DNA of 64,000 bases, taken from positions 1-64,000 of the forward strand of contig UYFQ01000263.1 in NCBI GenBank assembly GCA_900617105.1, written 5' to 3'. Source of the DNA: Hydrurus foetidus. Lineage: Eukaryota. The position numbers were made by a program, and so were the translations under genes. The first letter of the stretch is position 1. Every line of letters starts with the position of its first letter. A model generated the notes under the pieces. The model was given only the letters and a program-made list of their open reading frames with translations, had not been told where the DNA came from and did no database searches. Shown piece by piece: positions 13,642 through 26,889 of the stretch.

Positions 13642-14861
13642 CTTAAAAGTTGTCTGAATATCTAAAGTTGTCTAAACTATATCTTCATCAGCATGATTAC
13701 CATCCATACCAATATAATTCACAACCTCTTCCCATTTTACATATAAATCGTCAAAATGCAATAAAATGTTGTGTAATATGCAACAGCAGTAAAATATGTT
13801 ATCAATATTATCTTTGTTATGATAATAAGTAGGTAACTTAAGACAATGGAATCTACCTTTTAAGACACCAAAGACACACTCCACATCATTTCTAACCGTT
13901 TCTGCCCATTCACTCCAAAGTATATCCTTAGGTAGAGCGGAATGTTTTAGGGGACACTGTAAGCATCTCCATTAGTGGTATCCACCATCAACCAATAACC
14001 AAGCACCTTGTTCCTCGTACTCTTCCCCATTCAATCTTCTCATTTTATACTTCACATCCCTATATTTAACTCCATCATGGATATCACTCACATGACCATC
14101 GAATCGTACTATTGTTCTGTCACTTCTAGTACCAGGGGAACCATGAGTGACAGATGTAATTTTAGAGGTCTGATCACAGGTAAGTTCATAAGATAGAGTC
14201 GGAAATCCTTCTTTTCCTTTGTGTAGAACACGATCATCACTTGAATACCTTTCCCACTTGATGTGAACACAGTCGGTACTACCTATGCATCCCGGAAATC
14301 CAAGCCTATCATAAACAGCCATTGTTTTCTGAATCTCTTCAGGTATCTCCGGAGGATTGCAAACTTATTACACCACGTATGAAAAAATACTCTGTTGACC
14401 TCTGCACTTATGTAAGAAAGTTCCTCTATTCTGTCAATGCAGTACCCTCTACCAAGAACACATAGTACTTCCAGAGGTTTAATTTCTAAAGGTGTACACT
14501 TTTGACCGACAGCATCATTTTTTCACTTAACCATGCAGTAGCTCTGGTCATCTCAACTAATTTTTCGAATAATGGGAAAGGTACCCTAAACAGTCTGCAA
14601 AATAGAACGCCTCCCTTGCTATCTGTAGGATCTTTGTTTTGAGGATGAACTAACATTTGGCCCCAGCATGACATTTCATAAGGTGGACGACCTTCCCATC
14701 TCCTTGTCCTAAAATTTGGTTCATTTCTCTTTTTCACTTGGATTTCTTCCAGAACTTTCTTCATCCTCTTCCAAACGTGCTTTCTTTCTTCTCACAAAGG
14801 AAGACATACGTTGACCAACATTACCTCCCATCAAATCATCCATCTCGTCGTCGGAATCCAT
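13642..14861 (-). pseudogene. PIF/Harbinger DDE transposase pseudogene (copy 1, has N-terminus, 3'-truncated)
   Basis: GFPGCIGSTDCVHI, LLVDGGY and VECVFGVLKGRF motifs of HARBI1/DDE_Tnp_4-type nucleases; in-frame stop and frameshifts. Confidence 0.88.
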
Positions 14862-15104
14862 CACAAATATAATGATTTGCGGGAATACATCATTGAAGAT
14901 TGTGACAAGCAGTAACCGTTCGGGTGGTCCAAGTTTATATATTCGAGGAAATTATATTTCGTGTGATCACCATAAGGTCAGTTATAAAAAAAAATCAGAA
15001 ATAAAATTGTATTCCTCATAAGGGTAATACCGATTAGTCGCCCAAAAAATGTTTAGGACTACAGAAAGGGGAAACCGTAATGCTAAGAAATAGTTTTGTC
15101 TGCA

Positions 15105-16078
15105 AGAATAGAGGAACTTTCTTACATAAGTGCAGAGGTCAACAGAGTATTTTTTCATACGTGGTGTAATAAGTTTGCCCACAAATACTTCCACCGGAGA
15201 CACCTGAAGAGATTCAGAAAACAATGGCTGTTTATGATAGGCTTGGATTTCCGGGATGCATAGGTAGTACCGACTGTGTTCACATCAAGTGGGAAAGGTA
15301 TTCAAGTGATGATCGTGTTCTACACAAAGGAAAAGAAGGATTTCCGGCTCTATCTTATGAACTTACCTGTGATCAGACCTCTAAAATTACATCTGTCACT
15401 CATGGTTCCCCTGGTACTAGAAGTGACAGAACAATAGTACGATTCGATGGTCATGTGAGTGATATCCATGATGGAGTTAAATATAGGGATGTGAAGTATA
15501 AAATGAGAAGATTGAATGGGGAAGAGTACGAGGAACAAGGTGCTTGGTTATTGGTTGATGGTGGATACCACTAATGGAGATGCTTACAGTGTCCCCTAAA
15601 ACATTCCGCTCTACCTAAGGATATACTTTGAAGTGAATGGGCAGAGACGGTTAGAAATGATGTGGAGTGTGTCTTTGGTGTCTTAAAAGGTGGATTCTAT
15701 TGTCTTAAGTTACCTACTTATTATCATGACAAAGATAATATTGATAACATATTTTACTGCTGTTGCATATTACACAACATTTTATTGCATTTTGACGATT
15801 TATATGTAAAATGGGAAGAGGTTGTGAATTATATTGGTATGGATGGTAATCATGCTGATGAAGATATAGTTATATTCAGACAACTTTTAAGTCGAGTACC
15901 TTTCTTAACACCAGTTACTGATTATACTCTAAGAGGGGCAGTAGCTGTCGAGGACCGTTTTAGAATAGTTCATGGATCTAGTGATTCCGAATTTGAATCT
16001 TCTTATCGTGTATTGCAAAAACAACTCTTTGAACATTATGTGTGGAAGTATCAAAATATACTTAAATTCAATGGCTAA
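15105..16078 (+). pseudogene. PIF/Harbinger DDE transposase pseudogene (copy 2, 5'-truncated, has C-terminus)
   Basis: Inverted copy of 13642-14432 with the same TAA after DGGYH. Confidence 0.88.
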
Positions 16079-16319
16079 AAAAGAAAAAATAATTTTTTAA
16101 CCTTACATGGCCTATTAAATAATAGTACACCATTTGTTTGATTTAATTTGTTTTTTAATTAAGTACAAGTTTTTTCGATGAAAAGTTTTAAAGTTTGCCA
16201 GCGTTATCGCTGTAAATAGAGGGATTTAATCATACAATGCAACATCAACGGACTTTTAAAAAGTAATGATATGTCAAAACGAAAATATGTGATGATAGTA
16301 GGAGTGAGAAATTAGATAT

Positions 16320-19300
16320 TTATTTCCTCCATTTATTAGATTTCTGGAATGAAGCAAATATATCCATAGCCTCCTCCTCTGCATCAGTCAATCCCTTCAT
16401 CTTCGTCTTGGTAGCAGATTCTTGTGATCGTGTAACGCTGCGATGAGTACCCTGTACAATATTTCGGGTGAGAAAAGGGGACCTATTCGATAATTTCTGG
16501 GGCAATATCGGTGAGCATATGTCTTATTCTATGTTGGCTAGGTGAGAATCCTCTGTTATGATGTTTTCCTCTTGAGGCAGATTAAAAAGAGCCATTTTCC
16601 TGAATATTAGAAGTTCTGATAGAGTCCCTGCCATGATCCTATCTGCAGCGTCACTTGAAGATTCATCAAGACGTTCTTAGATGGTGAATAGTTGACTATC
16701 TTGAATATCCTTACTCTGTGATGTGATGGGTTGTTGGTTAATGACAGATTGTCTTCTGGTCTCCAGTGGTTGAGTGGTCTCATCGGACAGTGTAGGTGTA
16801 GGGTTGGATTTTTCATCTGGAATAATTCTTTTATTTCTCCTTCTCTTGAGTGATGTTGCTGGTAAGAGATGTTTGGCTTTCGTCTTCGTAGACTCTAGAC
16901 TTCTTCTTGCTCTTTTGGACTTGGCTAGAGGAGCTAGTGATGGAACGGTTAAGTTGGCTGTCTTCTTCCTCATCTCCATCTCTTCTTCGGCTCTGTTGGA
17001 CTTGGCTAGAGGAGCTAGTGATGGAACAGTTAAGTTGGCTGTCTTCTTCCTCATCTCCATCTCTTCTTCGGCTCTGTTGGACTTGGCTAGAGGAGCTAGT
17101 GATGGAACAGTTAAGTTGGCTGTCTTCTTCCTCATCTCCATCTCTTCTTCTGCTCTGTTGGACTTGGCTAGAGGAGCTAGTGATGGAACGGTTAAGTTGG
17201 CTGTCTTCTTCCTCATCTCCATCTCTTCTTCTGCTCTGTTTGACTTGGCTAGAGGAGCTAGTGATGGAACGGTTAAGTTGGCTGTCTTCTTCCTCATCTC
17301 CATCTCTTCTTCGGCTCTGTTGGACTTGGCTAGAGGAGCTAGTGATGGAACGGTTAAGTTGGCTGTCTTCTTCCTCATCTCCATCTCTTCTTCGGCTCTG
17401 TTGGACTTGGCTAGAGGAGCTAGTGATGGAACAGTTAAGTTGGCTGTCTTCTTCCTCATCTCCATCTCTTCTTCTGCTCTGTTGGACTTGGCTAGAGGAG
17501 CTAGTGATGGAACGGTTAAGTTGGCTGTCTTCTTCCTCATCTCCATCTCTTCTTCTGCTCTGTTGGACTTGGCTAGAGGAGCTAGTGATGGAACGGTTAA
17601 GTTGGCTGTCTTCTTCCTCATCTCCATCTCTTCTTCGGCTCTGTTGGACTTGGCTAGAGGAGCTAGTGATGGAACGGTTAAGTTGGCTGTCTTCTTCCTC
17701 ATCTCCATCTCTTCTTCGGCTCTGTTGGACTTGGCTAGAGGAGCTAGTGATGGAACGGTTAAGTTGGCTGTCTTCTTCCTCATCTCCATCTCTTCTTCGG
17801 CTCTGTTGGACTTGGCTAGAGGAGCTAGTGATGGAACGGTTAAGTTGGCTGTCTTCTTCCTCATCTCCATCTCTTCTTCGGCTCTGTTGGACTTGGCTAG
17901 AGGAGCTAGTGATGGAACGGTTAAGTTGGCTGTCTTCTTCCTCATCTCCATCTCTTCTTCTGCTCTGTTGGACTTGGCTAGAGGAGCTAGTGATGGAACG
18001 GTTAAGTTGGCTGTCTTCTTCCTCATCTCCATCTCTTCTTCGGCTCTGTTGGACTTGGCTGGAGGAGCTAGTGATGGAACGGTTAAGTTGGCTGTCTTCT
18101 TCCTCATCTCCATCTCTTCTTCTGCTCTGTTGGACTTGGCTAGAGGAGCTAGTGATGGAACGGTTAAGTTGGCTGTCTTCTTCCTCATCTCCATCTCTTC
18201 TTCGGCTCTGTTGGACTTGGCTAGAGGAGCTAGTGATGGAACGGTCAAGTTGGCTGTCTTCTTCCTCATCTCCATCTCTTCTTCGGCTCTGTTGGACTTG
18301 GCTAGAGGAGCTAGTGATGGAACGGTTAAGTTGGCTGTCTTCTTCCTCATCTCCATCTCTTCTTCGGCTCTGTTGGACTTGGCTAGAGGAGCTAGTGATG
18401 GAACAGTTAAGTTGGCTGTCTTCTTCCTCATCTCCATCTCTTCTTCGGCTCTGTTGGACTTGGCTAGAGGAGCTAGTGATGGAACGGTTAAGTTGGCTGT
18501 CTTCTTCCTCATCTCCATCTCTTCTTCTGCTCTGTTGGACTTGGCTGGAGGAGCTAGTGATGGAACGGTTGTTGGCTGTCTTCTTCCTCATCTCCATCTC
18601 TTCTTCTGCTCTGTTGGACTTGGCTAGAGGAGCTAGTGATGGAACGGTTAAGTTGGCTGTCTTCTTCCTCATCTCCATCTCTTCTTCTGCTCTGTTGGAC
18701 TTGGCTAGAGGAGCTAGTGATGGAACGGTTAAGTTGGCTGTCTTCTTCCTCATCTCCATCTCTTCTTCTGCTCTGTTGGACTTGGCTAGAGGAGCTAGTG
18801 ATGGAACGGTTAAGTTGGCTGTCTTCTTCCTCATCTCCATCTCTTCTTCGGCTCTGTTGGACTTGGCTAGAGGAGCTAGTGATGGAACGGTTAAGTTGGC
18901 TGTCTTCTTCCTCATCTCCATCTCTTCTTCTGCTCTGTTGGACTTGGCTAGAGGTGCTAGTGATGGAACGGTTAAGTTGGCTGTCTTCTTCCTCATCTCC
19001 ATCTCTTCTTCTGCTCTGTTGGACTTGGCTAGAGGAGCTAGTGATGGAACGGTTAAGTTGGCTGTCTTCTTCCTCATCTCCATCTCTTCTTCGGCTCTGT
19101 TGGACTTGGCTAGAGGAGCTAGTGATGGAACGGTTAGGTTGGCTGTCTTCTTCCTCATCTCCATCTCTTCTTCGGCTCTGTTGGACTTGGCTAGAGGAGC
19201 TAGTGATGGAACGGTTAAGTTGGCTGTCTTCTTCCTCATCTCCATCTCTTCTTCTGCTCTGTTTGACTTGGCTAGAGGAGCTAGTGATGGAACGGTTAAG

Positions 19301-22130
19301 TTGGCTGTCTTCTTCCTCATCTCCATCTCTTCTTCTGCTCTGTTGGACTTGGCTGGAGGAGCTAGTGATGGAACGGTCAGGTTGGCTGTCTTCTTCCTCA
19401 TCTCCATCTCTTCTTCTGCTCTGTTGGACTTGGCTAGAGGAGCTAGTGATGGAACGGTTAGGTTGGCTGTCTTCTTCCTCATCTCCATCTCTTCTTCGGC
19501 TCTGTTGGACTTGGCTGGAGGAGCTAGTGATGGAACGGTTAAGTTGGCTGTCTTCTTCCTCATCTCCATCTCTTCTTCGGCTCTGTTGGACTTGGCTAGA
19601 GGAGCTAGTGATGGAACGGTTAAGTTGGCTGTCTTCTTCCTCATCTCCATCTCTTCTTCGGCTCTGTTTGACTTGGCTAGAGGAGCTAGTGATGGAACGG
19701 TTAAGTTGGCTGTCTTCTTCCTCATCTCCATCTCTTCTTCTGCTCTGTTGGACTTGGCTAGAGGAGCTAGTGATGGAACAGTTAAGTTGGCTGTCTTCTT
19801 CCTCATCTCCATCTCTTCTTCGGCTCTGTTGGACTTGGCTAGAGGAGCTAGTGATGGAACGGTTAAGTTGGCTGTCTTCTTCCTCATCTCCATCTCTTCT
19901 TCTGCTCTGTTTGACTTGGCTAGAGGAGCTAGTGATGGAACAGTTAAGTTGGCTGTCTTCTTCCTCATCTCCATCTCTTCTTCTGCTCTGTTGGACTTGG
20001 CTAGAGGAGCTAGTGATGGAACGGTTAAGTTGGCTGTCTTCTTCCTCATCTCCATCTCTTCTTCTGCTCTGTTGGACTTGGCTAGAGGAGCTAGTGATGG
20101 AACGGTTAAGTTGGCTGTCTTCTTCCTCATCTCCATCTCTTCTTCGGCTCTGTTGGACTTGGCTGGAGGAGCTAGTGATGGAACAGTTAAGTTGGCTGTC
20201 TTCTTCCTCATCTCCATCTCTTCTTCTGCTCTGTTGGACTTGGCTGGAGGAGCTAGTGATGGAACGGTTAAGTTGGCTGTCTTCTTCCTCATCTCCATCT
20301 CTTCTTCTGCTCTGTTGGACTTGGCTAGAGGAGCTAGTGATGGAACGGTTAAGTTGGCTGTCTTCTTCCTCATCTCCATCTCTTCTTCTGCTCTGTTGGA
20401 CTTGGCTAGAGGAGCTAGTGATGGAACGGTTAAGTTGGCTGTCTTCTTCCTCATCTCCATCTCTTCTTCTGCTCTGTTGGACTTGGCTAGAGGAGCTAGT
20501 GATGGAACGGTTAAGTTGGCTGTCTTCTTCCTCATCTCCATCTCTTCTTCTGCTCTGTTGGACTTGGCTAGAGGAGCTAGTGATGGAACGGTTAAGTTGG
20601 CTGTCTTCTTCCTCATCTCCATCTCTTCTTCGGCTCTGTTGGACTTGGCTAGAGGAGCTAGTGATGGAACGGTTAAGTTGGCTGTCTTCTTCCTCATCTC
20701 CATCTCTTCTTCGGCTCTGTTGGACTTGGCTAGAGGAGCTAGTGATGGAACGGTTAAGTTGGCTGTCTTCTTCCTCATCTCCATCTCTTCTTCTGCTCTG
20801 TTGGACTTGGCTAGAGGAGCTAGTGATGGAACGGTTAAGTTGGCTGTCTTCTTCCTCATCTCCATCTCTTCTTCTGCTCTGTTGGACTTGGCTAGAGGAG
20901 CTAGTGATGGAACGGTTAAGTTGGCTGTCTTCTTCCTCATCTCCATCTCTTCTTCGGCTCTGTTGGACTTGGCTAGAGGAGCTAGTGATGGAACGGTTAA
21001 GTTGGCTGTCTTCTTCCTCATCTCCATCTCTTCTTCGGCTATGTTGGACTTGGCTAGAGGAGCTAGTGATGGAACGGTTAAGTTGGCTGTCTTCTTCCTC
21101 ATCTCCATCTCTTCTTCTGCTCTGTTGGACTTGGCTAGAGGAGCTAGTGATGGAACGGTTAAGTTGGCTGTCTTCTTCCTCATCTCCATCTCTTCTTCTG
21201 CTCTGTTGGACTTGGCTAGAGGAGCTAGTGATGGAACGGTTAAGTTGGCTGTCTTCTTCCTCATCTCCATCTCTTCTTCTGCTCTGTTGGACTTGGCTAG
21301 AGGAGCTAGTGATGGAACGGTTAAGTTGGCTGTCTTCTTCCTCATCTCCATCTCTTCTTCTGCTCTGTTGGACTTGGCTAGAGGAGCTAGTGATGGAACA
21401 GTTAAGTTGGCTGTCTTCTTCCTCATCTCCATCTCTTCTTCTGCTCTGTTGGACTTGGCTAGAGGAGCTAGTGATGGAACGGTTAAGTTGGCTGTCTTCT
21501 TCCTCATCTCCATCTCTTCTTCGGCTCTGTTGGACTTGGCTAGAGGAGCTAGTGATGGAACGGTTAAGTTGGCTGTCTTCTTCCTCATCTCCATCTCTTC
21601 TTCGGCTCTGTTGGACTTGGCTAGAGGAGCTAGTGATGGAACAGTTAAGTTGGCTATCCTCTAAAGCAAAATTTGAGTAGAAGTAAAAAAAGTTCTACTT
21701 TGACTGACTTGACTAGAAGTACTTGACAGAGATCTTTTGATTGGATTGTCCTCCTCTTGGGGTCGCATGCTTCTCACATGACTGGAGTTGCTGATGACGG
21801 ATACATTCAGATGGTTGGAATCCTCATAGGATTTAGCAGATCCTCTCCTCATTACGTTCCCCTCCCTTGAAACTTGAGTATCGTCGTCCTACTTCTCATA
21901 GACTGTATCGTCTCCTGAATCCGAGGTCTCGCGTCTGTCATCCTCCTCATCTTGATTGTCGTCTCTGTTATCTCTATTATCTCTATTATCTCTCTTGTCG
22001 GCTGGTTAATTGAGACATCATGGCCTCATCAATTTGCTGGGAGTTCATTTCATGATTGGGAATAGCCAAACCAGCACGATAGAAGAGCTCATTCTGTCTT
22101 AATTTGATTTCATGAAGAAATACTGAGCTT
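16320..22130 (-). pseudogene. Degenerate acidic/Ser-rich gene convergent with the Harbinger transposase, containing the 81-bp array; possibly the element's second ORF
   Basis: Coding-like fragments on both sides of the array (16320-16505, 21661-21852); candidate intron acceptor (pyrimidine run + TTTAG) just before the array. No Myb/SANT domain recognised. Confidence 0.35.
16910..21661 (-). repeat. 81-bp minisatellite, ~58.5 copies
   Basis: Reverse complement of the 11515-13110 unit; one 2-bp deletion at ~18570. Confidence 0.97.
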
Positions 22131-23417
22131 TGAGGCATTTTTGGCTATATTTATCCTCAATGGTTTTTTTATGTTTCCAGCGACATTTTTTGTTTGGTCG
22201 TTTTTTAGCTGCATAAGGCCACGTCGCCACGAAAAATCAAAAAAAAGGCTCCAAAAAGTGTAATCCGATGGCGGCATGAGGAACGGCCTAAATCGGTGAG
22301 ACAAAGTTGCGCCAAATATCACAAAAAAGAAAAACTCAAATATTCGATTAGTCTTTGGTTTGTCAGCAGAGTAGGTGGTCGTTCTGTCATTAATATTAAC
22401 TGAAAGTGACGACTTCCTGCTTCCAATGTTCACCTTTGAGAAAAATGTTTCGGTTGCTTTGCTGTCCGTCGAGTGGTTTTACTCCAAGCGTCAAATTATT
22501 CTTTAAAGAAGATTGAATTCTGCAGTTACGACGAAATTGTGTGAATTAAATGGAGTTGGGTTAAAGTCAGAATGATCACATTCAACGGTGTTGGTGCTGG
22601 TCTCAATCTCGAACCTTCGAAATCAAAATACTTCGAATGATTCCTTTGAATGATTTGCAGCTTGAACCAAAATTCCTTCGTAAGTGCTCCGGAAGATTTT
22701 ACCTTCGAAGGGAAAATGATTTGAACGATTCCCAGAGGTGAGCAGTCGTGCGGTGAAAGTATTCGAGTGATTTCAGCAGTGAGACCATTCGAAGGCAAAA
22801 GCATTTGCGAATGATTTCCGTGATTTTGTATTCCGGGGGAAATCGTTTGAAAATTATTTGTATAAACACGGTTTTACCATTTACTGTTCACCTTCATGCG
22901 AAAACCGTACGAAGGGATTTATTTTTTATTTGCCTTCGTTCTACCTGTGCAAATTTGTATTTGTGATTTGTCTCTCACAAGGAATGGCCCATTGTTAGGG
23001 TCTGACCGATCCGACGTCCCCGCTTTTCCAACGTTTTAGTATGGAAGACCAAAATCAGTTCTTTTTTTCCGATTTTTGAACTTTCCTCGCAAACCAATTT
23101 CAATTTTAGACATTGCATCATCCGACTCTTAACGAGATACATCCAAAACGATACAAAAAAGCGAAAACTTATATGCGGATTAGACTTTTATTTTATTTTG
23201 GGTCCTTCCAAATGTCCATATCATGCTATAGTCAGCGAAAAAGAACGATTTTGAAAGAGCCATTAAATTGACAGAAAGTGGTTTTAATCACTGTAATGGC
23301 ACTAGATGATCGACACACATACAAAACAGTGATAAAAATTAATATTTTGCATGTGTGTTGTGTGTAGCATGAAAATGGGTCCGACGTTTTGGGGCTCTGA
23401 TGAGAGGTCGGTCCTAG

Positions 23418-23591
23418 TGGAGTAAAAATTACGAATTACAAAACAGGAATTTTTTCGATTTCTGTTTTGTCAGGTACAAAACAGGGTGAGAAAGACAAAA
23501 TTCGGCGTGAATTTTGTCTTTTACACTGTTTTGTACCTGACAAAACAGAAATCGAAAAAATTCTTGTTTTGTAATTTGTAATTTTTTACCA
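23418..23591. mobile_element. Foldback MITE-like hairpin 1
   Basis: Near-perfect palindrome centred ~23505, flanked by CTAG on both sides. Confidence 0.7.
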
Positions 23592-23595
23592 CTAG

Positions 23596-23987
23596 GACCG
23601 TTTGCATGATCAGGTTCCCCACACTTCACCTAAACCGATCCCAAACCGTGAAGATTCAAGGTACATTTACCTCGGCCAATTCAACTCCGTTTCGGGAGAG
23701 AAGTACCGATTCTTGCTCGTGAAACCCTGGTCTATACGGCTAGATAAAAATTCCGTGAAAAAAATAATTTTCCAAACTGTGAAAAATAATTTTCGGTTCG
23801 ATTTTATTTTTTCACAGTTTAGAAAATTATTTTTTTCACTGAATTTTTATCTAGCCGTATAGACCAGGTTCTCACGAGCAAGAATCGGTACTTTTCTCCG
23901 GAAACGGAGTTGAATTGGCCGAGATAAATGTACCATGAATCTTCAAACTCTGGGATAAAATTGGGGATCCTGACCATGCAAACGGTC
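23596..23987. mobile_element. Foldback MITE-like hairpin 2
   Basis: GACCGTTTGCATG...CATGCAAACGGTC; palindrome centred ~23797, flanked by CTAG. Confidence 0.7.
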
Positions 23988-24928
23988 CTAGGACCGACCT
24001 GATTTCGTCGTTGGATGGTAATTATTGTTTATGCAAATAGGATGAAATCGGAGCAAATATTGATGAAATCGGAGCAAATTATTTTAGCTTCTTTTTTGAA
24101 TCAATTTGAATTATGTTGAACCAAATTTTCGGTGATTTCGATCAAAAAAACCTCAACAATTTTTTGGGTCAAACTTCACCAATTTTTGGTGCAAATAAAT
24201 ACGAAAAAAAAGCAAAATTTCGATTGCAAATTAGTGGGCTTTTGACACAAATTATGGGACTTTGGGTTCAAATAAGCATCGAATTTGTTCAATTAAGATT
24301 CCAACAGTTGAGAGTGCTCGATTATTTTGGCATCCATGGAACGGTATTTCGTAACGTACCCGCGTTAAAACAACTTCTTCAAATGACATTGAATCCACTC
24401 ACAGTTACATTTCTGTCTACCAACAAATGTCAGTCAACAGTTGGGCTGCTGACCTCGTTGACATCACGATCATATCCGGAGGACACACTTCACCAGGTTC
24501 AGTTGTAAAAAGTCGTTTTGGTTGCAAACTCTTTTTTCCTCAAAACCTTGTTCAAAGAGAGCATTGATCATCTTGGTAAACACTCTTTCTCTCCGACTTA
24601 GCTGTTTTCCTCTGGCAGGAAGTGCCACAAGACGACGAACAATGGCACTTAGAAATTAGCTCTCATTGGGAAGGTTTGTAAAAGACGAAAATTGAACGAA
24701 GTGTCTGTCGGGTCCTGCGAAAGTTTTGTCGACTATTTAGAAGCGAATCTTTATGAATATTGCGTCGCTGTAGCTGCAATTTTGCGCTCGATGTGATGAC
24801 ACTTCTTCTGAATTTTTGTTTAATTTCAATCACCCAAAAGCGCTATAAATCGAATTTTCCTAAACTATTTTACTTACTGAACTGAATGAACTCTGTCGGG
24901 CTGTATTTGTGCTGCATGAATCTACCTT

Positions 24929-25136
24929 TGTGGTCGGGCAAATGGAGAATGGGGGGCGAGAGGAGGTAGGCTTAGTTACAGGAGTCTAGGCTAGAAGCTA
25001 GTTAACTTCTAAGTGGACGCTGCAGATGGCTACGACGATACTACAGCCTAACTGTAGTGTACAGTAGTAGTACCCGGTAGGATCCGGTAGAGTCGGTACC
25101 CGGTAGGATCGGGACCCTGGACCCAGTACTATCACA
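24929..25136 (-). mobile_element. Solo LTR related to Gypsy family A
   Basis: TG...CA, 208 bp, 4-bp TSD CCTT on both sides; shares TTAGTTACAGG..GCTAGAAGCTAG..TTAACTTCT with the array LTRs. Confidence 0.85.
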
Positions 25137-25530
25137 CCTTCCACTTAAGATTCAGGTGTTTTCCTGCGGACCTTATCCTTCAGACACTTACATAATTTAA
25201 ATGTGCAATTTTCCTTAGGTCTGCGATGAATGCAGGCTCGAACGAGAGCTCGAATGAATCAATTCAAATAGCGAGACAACAAAAATTGTTGTCCCCTACG
25301 CAATCGGTGTTATGGGTGAATTTCGCTTTGTACATGGCTTTTCATAGGGCTAGGAGTTCAGGAAAACTTAGAGCAGCCGGGGAAAAATTATTTTAGGTTA
25401 TACTACCTTTCAGGGACTACTTTAACAGTCAAAGTTTAGTGAAATTGCTCACAAAAAATGAAAAAAAGTAATCAAATTTCCTGGGGGAGGAGTGAAGGTA
25501 AAAAATTTATTGTATCACTGTATGAATCAT

Positions 25531-26590
25531 TTAAGTATTAAAAGTAATGATAAGTAATCTGTTAATATTTGAATGATAAAGAATTAATGTGAACTCATCA
25601 TAATCGGAAATTTTCTTGCCTACAATAAGTGTAGGATAGCCATGCATGTTGGTTTTGTGCGTCCCATCTGCTTGTAGGCACGTGCGAAGGTCTTGTGTCA
25701 AAGACTCCGTCCCGTGGAGTAAGAGACGATAGCTCGAGATAACGACGATGAATCGTGGCTTCAAGGCTACGGAAGTATCCTAAAGTTGTAGTTCATATAT
25801 ATTTATGACACTCTCTTGTAAAGAACAATCATGCAAATCCTTATCTTACCAGTAAGTAATCAAGAACGAAAGGAATAGTTTATGTTTCATCTTTCTCTAG
25901 GTCGACAGTTGCAGAACAATGCCTCTCGCACCATTCCTTTAAGTGATGAGGCATCGGGTTGAACATACAGCCATTCTTTTTCTTGAAGGCTTGAATGAAG
26001 TTCTTCAACTTGGGCAATTGAGGGTCCAGAGGAAAGTTCTTCAGAGAGTCATCAGTAAGCTGAGACCTCTTCGAGCGGAGCAGGCTGATGATCTGGCGAG
26101 CAGACCTTCTGCCCAATCCAAAAGCCTCCTCAACGATCAGCTTCTGCTCGCCAGTGAGACCGCGGTGGTCGTCCTCCAAACCAATGTCATTGCCATGACT
26201 GTGGACCCCATTGAAATACGAATAGAATTGGCAAGTAGAATCTATTTGTCTGTACTTTTAAAAAAATTTACAGCCCTTGCTCCTGCAGACGTAGATCTGG
26301 GAGTTTGCACCGGATGAACCCCTTTTTGAATAGTCACTTTCAATGGCATCGCGAGTCACCGCTTTAAACGTCATGAATAATTCATGACTTTTTGTAATCG
26401 GATCAATATATTCCTCCAATTGCAAACCATTTCCACGGTACTTTCTGTTCGATTCAGCAACTGTCCCATTTTGCTCATCGGCACTGTCATCATCGTCACC
26501 GCTCTCGGAGGTGGGTAGTGGAGAAGCAACCCTTTCCTCGAAACCAGTTTCGTCTTCATAGATCATTTCAACCATCGTGATTTGAAGCAA
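25531..26590 (-). pseudogene. MULE/Mutator-type transposase remnant
   Basis: LQADGTHKTNMHGYPTLIVG resembles the first-Asp motif of the MULE domain; upstream YVCRSKGC zinc-finger-like segment; fragmented and truncated. Confidence 0.7.
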
Positions 26591-26889
26591 CTTGATGAGG
26601 TTAAGTTATATATAACCTCAATATGATACCAGACTATCAAAGTTTGCACATGGATGCAACGATTTCAGTCTGGGGACCATTCTATCTCAACCAGCTCTTC
26701 CATGAATTCAGCCGACTAATTTCCACTCATTTGTGGCAATTTACCATAAAATTGATACCATTTTCGGATGAGGAAATTTTGAATCATTTGACAACAGATC
26801 AGATGGAAAAAACCGAAATTTGATGCGAAAATTGACGGATTTTTATTTGACATTATTCGTTAATATTTGCTCCAATTTAATCCAAATTA

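Larger units (their letters stand above)
11201..21975. repeat. Large imperfect inverted duplication (arms ~11201-14432 and ~15105-21975, spacer ~670 bp)
   Basis: Mirror ORF pairs 11324+/21661-, 13203+/16607-, 13972-/15224+. The left arm lacks the equivalent of ~15893-16378. Confidence 0.92.

Noticed and set aside
11512..21680. Very long ORFs (491-1587 aa) on both strands
   Set aside because: By-products of an 81-bp unit lacking stops in four frames; not independent genes.
24300..24670. Possible SET/Cys-rich gene remnant on the minus strand (KCHCSSSCGTSC)
   Set aside because: Too degenerate, with multiple stops; unsupported without a profile search.
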